Positions 1-8,978 of a stretch of DNA of 39,965 nucleotides are shown piece after piece. The stretch lies in contig JBDREC010000089.1 of NCBI GenBank assembly GCA_043820105.1, positions 1-39,965 on the forward strand. Direction: 5' to 3'. The translations under genes and the position numbers were made by a program. Source of the stretch: Pseudomonadota bacterium. GTDB taxonomy: Bacteria > Bdellovibrionota_F > JAHFAK01 > JBDREC01. Positions within the stretch are counted from its first letter, which is position 1. Every line of letters begins with the position of its first letter. The notes under the pieces are model-generated. The model was not told the origin of the DNA, ran no database searches, and saw only the letters and a list, made by a program, of their open reading frames with translations.

Positions 1-89
1 TTTCATTATTTTTAACATATTAATGTAAGGAGTTTTAATTTATGAGTTGCAATTTTTATAAAAATTTTAGATAAAAATTTTTGGGCTAG

Positions 90-140
90 GTGGACCACTT
101 TTGCGTCCGATTCGTGGACCAGTTTTCAATCCGATTGGCA
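90..140. mobile_element. Probable terminus of an IS21-family insertion sequence (element body lies left of this point, mostly outside the window)
   Basis: Two tandem 23-bp repeats with 24-bp period (GTGGACCACTTTTGCGTCCGATT 90-112; GTGGACCAGTTTTCAATCCGATT 114-136), ending in ...GGCA-3' at 140. Repeated subterminal motifs plus a terminal CA are typical of IS21 ends. No transposase gene is in the window. Confidence 0.55.
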
Positions 141-210
141 TTCAAAAGCAAATGACTTAATATTAAAAAAGGGAAGTCTAAGTCCCAAAAAAAATCAAAA
201 TAAAATTTAC

Positions 211-2325
211 TTATATGCCCCCAAAGAGACCGCTACAGATGACAGCCCTTTCTTCTCGATCCCTAACAACGGGATTCATTTCCTCTGAAATACTATAAAG
301 TCCTCTTAACAAAGATTCTTCATCAGCCATCGATACCTTTGCCCTAAGAAGCATGTTTAATAATTCCAAAGGACTATAAACTCGATCTGCAGGTAAGCCA
401 CCTGATTGTCTCACAATTCTAGGTCCATTTTCATAAAAATATCTAACTTCAGCTTCAAAAAGAGGTACTCTATCTTTCCAGGCATGATTAAGCTTAAGCA
501 TATTAACTCGCATTTCACTTAAATCTTCTGCAGATTCATAAACACCCAAGAATCTTTGAAAACCCTGAAGAAAGGATCTTCGAGTCTTATCAATATCAAG
601 CAGACCTGATTCTTGTTCGTAATGGAGTTTAAAAATTATACCTGTGTGTCCATCCTCAATAGAATCAACTAAACCTCCAACATTTGACCCAATGGGAATA
701 GTAGCAACAGATTGGGCCTTTGTTTGTGTTTGCCCAGATGGTTCAAATGTAGATGGAACTAATGAAGCATCAGCGCCAAATGTTATTACTCGTTCATATG
801 GAGCTCCCCACTGCTCAAATGATCCATAAAAAAACCTGCCTGGATAGGCTTTCATAATTTCTATAAGTTTATCTTTATATTCTTTTTTACCATCACCTAT
901 TATTACAAATTGAGCATTAGTAGTTTCTAAAAGCTCAATAAAGGCTTCTGGTAAAAACTGAAAACCCTTTTGATCTGATAATCTATTGAAAGCGCAAACA
1001 AGTGGAGCTTCTGGGTTAACCTCTATACCATATATTTCTCCATCAATTTCAACTTTTAACAGACCTTGAACATCTAATTTTATCCTTTGTTTTGCAGTAA
1101 GATCGCTAAGGGAAAAATGATTTGCAAAATTTGTTCCAGGAGGAGGAAATGCAGGGTTATAGTCAATAACATCAACACCATTTAAAAGACCAGTATTTCT
1201 ATAATTATCCCTTGCTTCTTGGGCAAATGGATCCATAGACATACCAAACCTGTGGTCCAAAGATTCTCTCATATAATTCAATGATACAGAACTAACCCCT
1301 GTTGACATTGTATAAAGAGCCTTTAAAAAAGCGATTCCATTTCCTTCATATTGACTGAAATGCTCAAAACCGTTATTTGTCCCAAAGCCTCTTGAATAAT
1401 AGCCAGAATCAACACCAAGATATCTAGGAAGCCAAAGTTCTGCGAGGCCTTGAAAAGAATTGTTATGCACCTTTCCAATTGTTCTGATTGGTTTTTGACC
1501 TCTTGCTTCTGCTATTTGCCTTAAAAAAGCAACAAGCATACCAGTTGTCCAGTCATGTGCCATAACAAGATCTGGCTTATCACCATTGGGCATATGATCC
1601 ATAACATATATTGCTTGAGCTTTTCCAAGCAAACCAAAGGCTAGCACGTCAAGCCTTCTATCAATCCATTCATTTGGTTTGTGGGATATTTCAACTAAAG
1701 ATGTATATCTTGGAGAGGTATCCTCAGCTTGAGGATTAATTGTGTTTTCAAAGATATTTACTTCACCACGTTCAGGTAGATGGTTGAAAAACGTAAAAGT
1801 CACACCATCCTTTTGCAGCTTCACTACCTCAAATTTGACTATTGGTCCCCTGGGAACATAATTTCTAAATGATTCTGGGATATCTTCTGTTTTATAATCA
1901 ACAGGCACTTCAATAATAATTCCGGTTCTTTCAAAACTGCTTGGAGCTAAACCATAATCTGCATTAAACCAGGTATAACCAGGCATAAACATTTCACCTG
2001 GAACCGTTTCACTTGAAAGCTTAGTCATTTCAACATAACCTTTGGCAGCATCTGCAAGTCCAGCTACACGATAGATTCCGGTGTACTCAGGAAAAGCCAT
2101 TGAAAGCCTGATTGTTGTGCCTTTCCAGGGAGCTGCTTTTTGTGTAAAAGGCTCATAATAATCAGGATCATTAAAAATAGTATGTGGAGGATTAATTGAA
2201 AAAACACTTGCACTTAGGCTTAAAATAGAAACCAAAACTAAGAGTAAACTGAGAAATTTATCTCTTTTGCCATGTCTTATTAAGAAATTTAGACAAATGT
2301 TCATTTGAATTTTTTGAAGGTTCAT
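211..2325 (-). CDS. Glycogen/starch synthase-like GT-B glycosyltransferase (GT5-like) with N-terminal signal peptide
   Basis: GlgA-like motifs: RVAGLAD (for KTGGLAD), PDLVMAHDW, HNNSFQG, GLLNGVD, RLSDQKG, GADASLVPSTFEPSGQTQ, VGGLVDSI. Hydrophobic N-terminus FLSLLLVLVSILSLSASVFS. RBS AAGGAG upstream. Confidence 0.8.
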   Translation of the reverse strand: MNLQKIQMNICLNFLIRHGKRDKFLSLLLVLVSILSLSASVFSINPPHTIFNDPDYYEPFTQKAAPWKGTTIRLSMAFPEYTGIYRVAGLADAAKGYVEMTKLSSETVPGEMFMPGYTWFNADYGLAPSSFERTGIIIEVPVDYKTEDIPESFRNYVPRGPIVKFEVVKLQKDGVTFTFFNHLPERGEVNIFENTINPQAEDTSPRYTSLVEISHKPNEWIDRRLDVLAFGLLGKAQAIYVMDHMPNGDKPDLVMAHDWTTGMLVAFLRQIAEARGQKPIRTIGKVHNNSFQGLAELWLPRYLGVDSGYYSRGFGTNNGFEHFSQYEGNGIAFLKALYTMSTGVSSVSLNYMRESLDHRFGMSMDPFAQEARDNYRNTGLLNGVDVIDYNPAFPPPGTNFANHFSLSDLTAKQRIKLDVQGLLKVEIDGEIYGIEVNPEAPLVCAFNRLSDQKGFQFLPEAFIELLETTNAQFVIIGDGKKEYKDKLIEIMKAYPGRFFYGSFEQWGAPYERVITFGADASLVPSTFEPSGQTQTKAQSVATIPIGSNVGGLVDSIEDGHTGIIFKLHYEQESGLLDIDKTRRSFLQGFQRFLGVYESAEDLSEMRVNMLKLNHAWKDRVPLFEAEVRYFYENGPRIVRQSGGLPADRVYSPLELLNMLLRAKVSMADEESLLRGLYSISEEMNPVVRDREERAVICSGLFGGI

Positions 2326-2527
2326 TACACTCCTTTTTATCTACCCTAGGTCTACACATGCCACGTCAAACACCTTATATAAAAAATGAATATAATTTGT
2401 CAAGTTAAATTGCGCAACGCATTAGTATTTTTGTTTTTTTTAGTTTTGCTGTGTGCATTGAGCATGGACCCATGAATGTCACATTGCCCCTGATCAAGAC
2501 CTGGAGTGTTATGCTTATATGATTATT

Positions 2528-3519
2528 TTAATCTTTATTAATGTAATCGTCCCAATCTTTATAATGCTCATATGCAATTCCCCTGAGTCTTAAAAATAAA
2601 ATTAATTTTTTCTCCAAGGGGTATGTATCACAATTTGATCCTGTATAAGTAAAAATGCCAAACTTTGATCTGTGCTTTTTCAAAACACTAGCAAGCTCAT
2701 AAACATCTGTTCCATAATCACTAAGTGACAATTTTGGATCTTCATTAATATAATGATAAATGCATTTTATGGCCTGTCTGGATTCTACTGACAATCCCAG
2801 CTCGTCATAGCTTCGTACAATAGTTAGGAAGCCTAAAATTTTATGATCAACGGCCATACATAAAAGCTTGTAATAAGAATCAGTGTCCATATCGAAATCT
2901 TCAAGGGAGAGTTCCTTTCCCAATTTTTCTTGAGCAAGTTCAACTAAAGCATTAAATTTTAGAACAAAATTTAAATTATCAAAATATGTCCTTTTAGCAT
3001 AATCCAAATATACCATAGCAATATTTTTGTAACAAAAACCGAGCATCTGGTTAAATTGACTTTCATCCATTAAATTCAGATCAACCCATGACGATTTAGA
3101 TTTTCTTTTAGTTTTATAAAAAGCATTTAATTTAGCATTAAACCCACTTTCTAAATCTATGTAGCCATGCATATCTTTCCAATTTTTAATTTCATCAATG
3201 TCTAAAGCTACACTTAATTGATGTATTTCTAGTAATTTTTTTTTGCATAAACTCTTATAACTTTCATTTAGATATTTTTTTAATTGTTTATTGGTAATAC
3301 CATAATATTGTAAAGACCTTCCTGATTTATTAACTAATTTTTTAAACTTTTTTATATCGTCAGGAAGTCCTTTTCTGCAAAAGCTTCAAGAGACTCAAAG
3401 TATACCTTAGCTTCTTTTTCATATTCAGCCTGCATATCTTTTTTAAATGACTGTGAAAAAACAGAGGAAAAATTTAAGATTAAAAAAGCAAACAAGAAAT
3501 ATAAGTGATATTGTTTCAT
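2528..3519 (-). pseudogene. Secreted hypothetical protein gene split by a frameshift (or sequencing error) near 3370
   Basis: ATG at 3519 with GAGG RBS encodes a signal peptide (MKQYHLYFLFAFLILNFSSVFS) and stops at 3352. The frame of the 2528..3172 ORF is open back to about 3385. One extra A in GCAGAAAAGGA would fuse the two into about 330 aa. Confidence 0.6.
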
Positions 3520-3559
3520 AACATGACCCTCAAAATAATTTTAACTTACTTAGAAATAA

Positions 3560-3575
3560 AGCGAAAGGCATGCCA
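3560..3575 (-). promoter_or_regulatory. Sigma54 (-24/-12) promoter
   Basis: Minus strand TGGCATGCCTTTCGCT has GG and GC at the exact TGGCAC-N5-TTGC spacing, 40 bp upstream of ATG 3519. Confidence 0.6.
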
Positions 3576-3701
3576 AGCATACAATACCCCTAACTCCCAT
3601 TTGTTTTCAATTAGTTACAGAAGCTAGATGAAAAATTATTTTGTTAAATATATAGTGAAAATTACATCTTTAAAAAAAAAATGAGACAAACTAATCTCAA
3701 G

Positions 3702-3731
3702 CCCTTGACCTTGTGAAAAAGCGATTTATCT
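3702..3731 (+). promoter_or_regulatory. Heat-shock (sigma32-like) promoter of hsp20
   Basis: CCCTTGAC-N15-TTTATCT; the same motif and spacing occur upstream of groES. Confidence 0.6.
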
Positions 3732-3828
3732 TTAGGGCAAGACAAGGGAGCATTGAAAATCATTAATTATTGTTTTTATAATATTATTAATCATTGCTTT
3801 AAACATATAAGAAAGGACGGGTGGTGTT

Positions 3829-4275
3829 ATGACATTACAATTATGGAGACCAAGATATAATTTACAAAAAAGATGGCCATTCACTGATATGTTTGGCGAT
3901 TTTTTGAATGATGATTTTTTGAATGAAACAAAGCAAAAATGCTTTAGTCCATCTATTGATATCAAAGAAAATAAGTCTGATTTTGAACTCGTGGCTGAAC
4001 TTCCAGGGATTGATAAAAAAGATGTGAATATTGAAGTTAAGGATGGAAATCTTACAATTAGCGGCAAAAAAGTATATGGAAATGATGAAGAAAAAGAGGG
4101 ATATCATTACAGAGAAAGATGCTATGGCTCATTTTCAAGAAGCTTTTGCCTTCCTGAAGGTGTTGATGAAAACAAAATTAAGGCTGAGTTTAAAAATGGA
4201 TTATTAAAGCTTAGTATTCCAAAACCAGAGGTGCAGATTCAGAAGGAAACAGTTAAGAAGATTGATATAACTTAA
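3829..4275 (+). CDS. Hsp20/alpha-crystallin small heat shock protein
   Basis: PSIDIKE..AELPGIDKKDV..LTISG..ERCYGSFSRSFCLP..AEFKNGLLKLSIPK, C-terminal I-x-I (KIDIT). Confidence 0.95.
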   Translation: MTLQLWRPRYNLQKRWPFTDMFGDFLNDDFLNETKQKCFSPSIDIKENKSDFELVAELPGIDKKDVNIEVKDGNLTISGKKVYGNDEEKEGYHYRERCYGSFSRSFCLPEGVDENKIKAEFKNGLLKLSIPKPEVQIQKETVKKIDIT

Positions 4276-4284
4276 GGGGGGATG

Positions 4285-4326
4285 GATGCTCGATGCTCGA
4301 TGCTGGATGCTGGATGCGGGATGCTG
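4285..4326 (+). repeat. Heptamer tandem repeat (GATGCTS)x6 between convergent genes
   Basis: gatgctc gatgctc gatgctg gatgctg gatgcgg gatgctg. Confidence 0.9.
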
Positions 4327-4367
4327 GCTGTTGGGGGTGAATCTATTATTTTTTGAGTGAAGGCAAG

Positions 4368-5696
4368 TTATTTATTTATTATATTGAGTAGCATTTCTCT
4401 GAAAGTGCCACTTGCATTGAATTTGCCAAGGTTTCCAAAGTGACCTGCTAAAGTTCTATCTATAAAAACAATGTCTCTTGGAAACTGGAATTTTGAAATT
4501 TCTAAGAAATGTTTGGTTTTGAGCTTTATCATTTGCTGAATTATTTCTTTATTTTCATTAAAAGTGTATTCGCCAGAGGTTGACATCTTTTCAAATGGGG
4601 TAAAAAAATCATTTACTAATTCTTGAGAAACTTCATTGCCCCCATAGATATAAATTCCGATTTTCTTTAAATAAGGTGGCAAAGCTTCAACATCACTTTT
4701 TAAAACGCTAGAAGTAAAATCCTTCAAATGAGGAAGCAGCTTTTCGGGAATGGTTTTTACACATCCAAAATCATAAACAATGATTCGCCCATCTTCTAAA
4801 AAGGCAAAGTTAGCAAGGTTTGGATCTGCGTGCAAAAACCTGTGAACAAAAAAACTTTCAAAAACAAATCTAAAAAGGGCTTTTGACCACTTATTTTTTA
4901 GCTCTTGGCCATAGGCACCTGAGCAGGCATCTTGTCCTGAAATTCCAACAAGGAGTTCCATTGTTAGAACATGCTTTGTTGAAAGCTCTTTAATAACTCT
5001 CGGGATAACAACTTCATGAGAATCTGCAAAAAAGGTGGCAACCTTTTCGACACTTGAAGCTTCCCTTTCATAATCTAATTCTTCAAGAAGCCTTGCCTGC
5101 AGCTCTTTCCAGATTGGTTCAAAATTGACTTTCATAAACAAGCCAATCAAACTTTTAAAAATGCCCTTTAGATTTTTAAGGTCTGCTTTTATTACTTTAT
5201 CAATATCTGGATATTGGATTTTTAAGGCAACTTCTCGGCCATCACGCAGCCTTGCTTTGTGAATTTGGCCAATGCTAGCAGCTGCATAGGCTTCCTCATC
5301 AATCCATTCAATTTCTGAAAACTTTTCTTTCAGATCTTTTTTAACTAAAACTTTCATTTTTTCAAAAGGAACCGCTGGGGCTTGGGATTGTAATAAAGAA
5401 AGAATCTTAGCGACTTCTGGTGGCATTAAACTGTCTTGCAAACTTAGCATTTGACCAACCTTCATTGCTCCACCCTTTAACCTGCCAAGAGTTTCAGCTA
5501 TTCTTTGAGCATTATTCACAAGGTTTTCGATTTTATGCTTTTCAACAGACTCAGAATTCCGAAAAATATCTAGGGTCTTGTTTCCCAGAATAGATAAACC
5601 TACTGTCCCTACTAAAGAAGAAACAGAATAAAGCCGAGATATTGAAGAAGAAACAATGTCTTCCTGCTTTTTTTCTTTTTTTTTATCATTAACCAT
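4368..5696 (-). CDS. ABC1/UbiB/COQ8-family atypical kinase
   Basis: KGGAMKVGQMLS (KxGQ), AAASIGQIHKA, VALKIQYP, EELDY, HADPNLANF, YDFGC. Confidence 0.93.
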   Translation of the reverse strand: MVNDKKKEKKQEDIVSSSISRLYSVSSLVGTVGLSILGNKTLDIFRNSESVEKHKIENLVNNAQRIAETLGRLKGGAMKVGQMLSLQDSLMPPEVAKILSLLQSQAPAVPFEKMKVLVKKDLKEKFSEIEWIDEEAYAAASIGQIHKARLRDGREVALKIQYPDIDKVIKADLKNLKGIFKSLIGLFMKVNFEPIWKELQARLLEELDYEREASSVEKVATFFADSHEVVIPRVIKELSTKHVLTMELLVGISGQDACSGAYGQELKNKWSKALFRFVFESFFVHRFLHADPNLANFAFLEDGRIIVYDFGCVKTIPEKLLPHLKDFTSSVLKSDVEALPPYLKKIGIYIYGGNEVSQELVNDFFTPFEKMSTSGEYTFNENKEIIQQMIKLKTKHFLEISKFQFPRDIVFIDRTLAGHFGNLGKFNASGTFREMLLNIINK

Positions 5697-5907
5697 ATTT
5701 TAATTAACCCTAAATACTATTAAAACACAAGTAAAAGCTGTGTTCGGCCGGATGAGAAATATCCACACATAAGATTAAAAACTTATGTATATCCAATATG
5801 CTATATTTTTTTTATATTGACGATTTTTCAAAGTACCAATACGAACTTATCATATATATTATTCGGTCTTATTTTATTAAATTTACAAAAATGGAGATTG
5901 TAGGAGA

Positions 5908-6258
5908 ATGAATTCAAAACTAGTATATTGTAAGCCGTCTTTATTAAATATCAATCATAAACGACACCAACAGGATTGCGTTGATGGCTCCGGTGCTTCA
6001 TCAAGCACCTTGGACTGTGGCATTGGTAGTATTGACAACCAAAATACAGGGTGTGGAGCGGGACATGTAGCTGAGACATCAAGCAATCCTCAGGCTTGTT
6101 ACAATGGCACTATTGCTCAATCATGGGATTGGGGACTAACTGGCTGTGAAACTGGTACCAGTGCAAATAGCAACGGTGGCACAAATTGTTCAGGTGGCAG
6201 CAAAGCAGATGCTACACGCTCTACATGTGAAACCGGTGGATCTCCTACTAATTGGTAA
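5908..6258 (+). CDS. Putative RiPP precursor peptide with YxxPxL leader and seven CxxG repeats
   Basis: Leader YCKPSL. Core repeats CVDG, CGIG, CGAG, CYNG, CETG, CSGG, CETG in a Gly/Ser/Thr/Asn-rich background. GGAG elements upstream. Confidence 0.7.
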   Translation: MNSKLVYCKPSLLNINHKRHQQDCVDGSGASSSTLDCGIGSIDNQNTGCGAGHVAETSSNPQACYNGTIAQSWDWGLTGCETGTSANSNGGTNCSGGSKADATRSTCETGGSPTNW

Positions 6259-6415
6259 TAACTTGGCAAAGACTGCCCACCTCTCATAAGAAAAAAACTC
6301 GCCCTACCTAAATGCAAATATCTCTTCTCGCTTAATTTATTCAATTGAGTTGAAAAACACATTTTAATTTATTAAAATAAGTTTCAATTAAAAACAACAA
6401 AGTGGATTTAAAAAA

Positions 6416-7483
6416 ATGAGTAAAATCGCATTTAATATCATTTTAATATTATTTTTTATTACACCTGCCTTTGCATCTATTTCAAAATATGCAAAAGACA
6501 TGAAAAGTGGTGACCCAGATGTTAGACGAAAAGCACTTTATGAACTTGCCCAAATAAATACTAAAAAAGGAAATGATTATATAATAAAAGCTTTAGATGA
6601 TAAAAACGGGATGATACGAAGAAATGCAACCTTTATTTTGGGAACCTTAAAAGACAAAAGAGCAATTGCAAAACTTTCTCAAGTTGTTTTTTATGATGAA
6701 TCTCCTGAGGTTTCTTTATTTGCTGCTGAAGCTCTTTATAAACTTGGGATAAAGTCAGGCCTAAAGGTTTTGATTTCAAGCATTGAAAATAAAAATATAT
6801 CTATTGCCTTGCTGGCTATAGATAAACTAGAAGCAATGAAAGAGCAAGAAGCCCTTGTGACACTTGAAAAGAATTCAAAAACAAATGTAAGCGCTGAAGT
6901 CAAAAACAGAGCGGCAAAGGCAGTAAAAGTATTAAAAGGTGAAATTGATTATGATAAAGTTTTAAAGGCGAAAAACATTGTTGAAGATATTTATAGATCC
7001 TTTGATTCTTCACTTCCAGAGGAAATCGAAAAGAAAATTCAAAAAGCCATAAAGCTTGATCCTTTATTACCAGATATCTACATGATACTAGGAACTCTTC
7101 ATAACCAAAACAGCTCAAAGTGGAGTCAAGCTATAGAAGAATTTAAAAAAGCTCAAGATCTTGGCTATACTGACCGTGGTGAACTTTTCTTTTACATGGG
7201 CACTCTGTATTTAAACCTTGGAAAATTTCAGGATGCTATTAAAACTCTTACTAAAGCTGCTAAAGAAAAAAATGATGCTGATTCTTATTATCAACTTGGA
7301 ATTGTTTATTCTCGAATTAACCAAACTCAAAAGGCTATTGAGGTTACAGAAAAAGCAATAAAGATAGATCCAACTTATTCAATTGCCTATTATAATCTTT
7401 CCCAACTTTATAAAAGCATTGGAAACCCGTCAAAGTCTTCACAATATCTTGATCAATATAACTTAATGACTTCAAAAAAATAA
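6416..7483 (+). CDS. Exported HEAT-repeat plus TPR-repeat protein
   Basis: Signal peptide ending PAFA. HEAT motifs (DPDVRRKALYEL, IRRNATFILG). TPR motifs (SYYQLGIVY, AIKIDPTYSIAYYNL). Confidence 0.85.
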   Translation: MSKIAFNIILILFFITPAFASISKYAKDMKSGDPDVRRKALYELAQINTKKGNDYIIKALDDKNGMIRRNATFILGTLKDKRAIAKLSQVVFYDESPEVSLFAAEALYKLGIKSGLKVLISSIENKNISIALLAIDKLEAMKEQEALVTLEKNSKTNVSAEVKNRAAKAVKVLKGEIDYDKVLKAKNIVEDIYRSFDSSLPEEIEKKIQKAIKLDPLLPDIYMILGTLHNQNSSKWSQAIEEFKKAQDLGYTDRGELFFYMGTLYLNLGKFQDAIKTLTKAAKEKNDADSYYQLGIVYSRINQTQKAIEVTEKAIKIDPTYSIAYYNLSQLYKSIGNPSKSSQYLDQYNLMTSKK

Positions 7484-7497
7484 AAGTGGCTGTAATT

Positions 7498-8706
7498 TTA
7501 AGACAAAAAATTAGAAGCTGATACAATATAGCAATTATCTTTACCAGCTTTTATAACATCAGGGTCATGAATCAATTGAACCAGAGGTACATTTAGAATT
7601 TTAGAATGATCAATGTTATGAGATTCAAAGTTCTTAGAGCTCAATTTCGTTTCAATGAGCAAAAATGGTTTTTCGTCTCTTGTTATTATAAAATCAGTTT
7701 CTCGTTTATCTCTTAATCTTATAAAATTAAGATTAAAGGTGTATTTTGTAGCCATATTCCAAAGCTCTATTCTATTTTTTAGTTCACAGGCAACATAATT
7801 TTCAAATCTTGCCGCCTTATCCTTCACTTGTGTCCAATCATAAAAATAGACTTTTTTTTCTTTTTTTACAGCTCTTGAAATCTTTTCTGAATAAGGAGAA
7901 ATATTAAAAATTACATATGTTAGAATAAGAGAATTAACATAATTTTTAATAGCATTAAAACTAACATTTAAATCTTCTCTCAAAGAATTTAAAGACAAGG
8001 GTGAGCCTATCTTTGCAGGTAATAAATGCATTAGGGTAACAATATTCTCAAGCTCTTGAATCTTTGTGAGATCTCTTAGATCAGATCTAACAAGAGTATC
8101 AATGTAATTATTATGCCAATTAGAAGAAAAAACAGCATTCCCTTTAAGCAGTGGTTCTGGAAAGCCACCAAATTTTAATAATTGATCTAATTGTTTTTGA
8201 TTGCAATGGCTTTTAATATTTTCTTCAATATATTCTATAGCATTTCCAGTGGGAAGGACAAAGTTTGATTTCATCAATTCAAATAGCGATACAGGCAATA
8301 ATCGAAACAAGAAAAAACGCCCAGATAAGCTGTCTCCAGCTTTACGAAAAAGATCTAGTCTAGCTGAGCCTGTTACAATAAAATTATACTTTTGCTCAAA
8401 TGAATCAAATCCATCTTTTAAAATATCTTTCCATCTTGGATATTTGTGAATTTCATCAAAACAAATCCATTTTTTCCGACGTGTTTTTATTGTAATAGCA
8501 TCTGAGTGATAAAAATAAGGGTCATCAATGAATCGTCTCTTTATAGTCCTTAAGTCCCAGTTATAGTATAAATCTTCAAAACCGGTATCTTTTAAATATT
8601 TTTTAGCTAGAGTTGTCTTTCCAACTTGCCTTGGACCAGCAACAAACCTCATTTGACGGCCAAAGATTTTTGAAAAACATAGCTTTTCTAAATACCTTTC
8701 AATCAT
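7498..8706 (-). CDS. AAA+ ATPase, AAA_14/DUF4143 family
   Basis: Walker A GPRQVGKTT, Walker B FDEIHK, VTGSA, SLSGR, GGFPE, KVYFYD, FENYV, and a C-terminal ETDF..IETK nuclease-like motif. Confidence 0.92.
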   Translation of the reverse strand: MIERYLEKLCFSKIFGRQMRFVAGPRQVGKTTLAKKYLKDTGFEDLYYNWDLRTIKRRFIDDPYFYHSDAITIKTRRKKWICFDEIHKYPRWKDILKDGFDSFEQKYNFIVTGSARLDLFRKAGDSLSGRFFLFRLLPVSLFELMKSNFVLPTGNAIEYIEENIKSHCNQKQLDQLLKFGGFPEPLLKGNAVFSSNWHNNYIDTLVRSDLRDLTKIQELENIVTLMHLLPAKIGSPLSLNSLREDLNVSFNAIKNYVNSLILTYVIFNISPYSEKISRAVKKEKKVYFYDWTQVKDKAARFENYVACELKNRIELWNMATKYTFNLNFIRLRDKRETDFIITRDEKPFLLIETKLSSKNFESHNIDHSKILNVPLVQLIHDPDVIKAGKDNCYIVSASNFLS

Positions 8707-8710
8707 AACA

Positions 8711-8774
8711 ACATTTTTACCTATAATGGTAATTTTGTCAAGACATTTTTTACACCAATGTTAAATTTGTCAAT
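8711..8774 (-). promoter_or_regulatory. Tandem 32-bp direct repeat, each copy containing TTGACA; probable promoter/operator of the ATPase gene
   Basis: acatttttacctataatggtaattttgtcaag (8711-8742) and acattttttacaccaatgttaaatttgtcaat (8743-8774), ending 4 bp from the ATG; no Shine-Dalgarno visible. Confidence 0.55.
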
Positions 8775-8978
8775 ATCATGCTTTTAGAATGTTAATAGAA
8801 CTAAAAACATAGTTAAAACAACAAAATCGCCAAGACCATAACTTGAAAAACGAATAAAAAGAATCGAAAAGCCTCTCAAAATCGCTTAATTTTAATATTA
8901 ATAATAATTTGCAAAATCTAATTAAATTTCCTAATATGTTTTATAACTTATAATTATTGTTAGGGGAATACGTAACTT

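Noticed and set aside
2348-2363. TGGCATG as a sigma54 site upstream of the GT5-like gene
   Set aside because: The -12 position reads GACC rather than TTGC, so the conserved GC is missing.
3732-4107. Minus-strand ORFs of 111 and 81 aa
   Set aside because: They are antisense to a clear Hsp20 gene and show no motifs.
5738-5770. Small hairpin (tgtgt..ggat..atcc..acaca) as a riboswitch or ribozyme
   Set aside because: It is too short and I recognise no conserved core; an Rfam search would be needed.
6117-6362. 81-aa minus-strand ORF
   Set aside because: It is antisense to the CxxG peptide, whose periodic motif and leader make it the better-supported frame.
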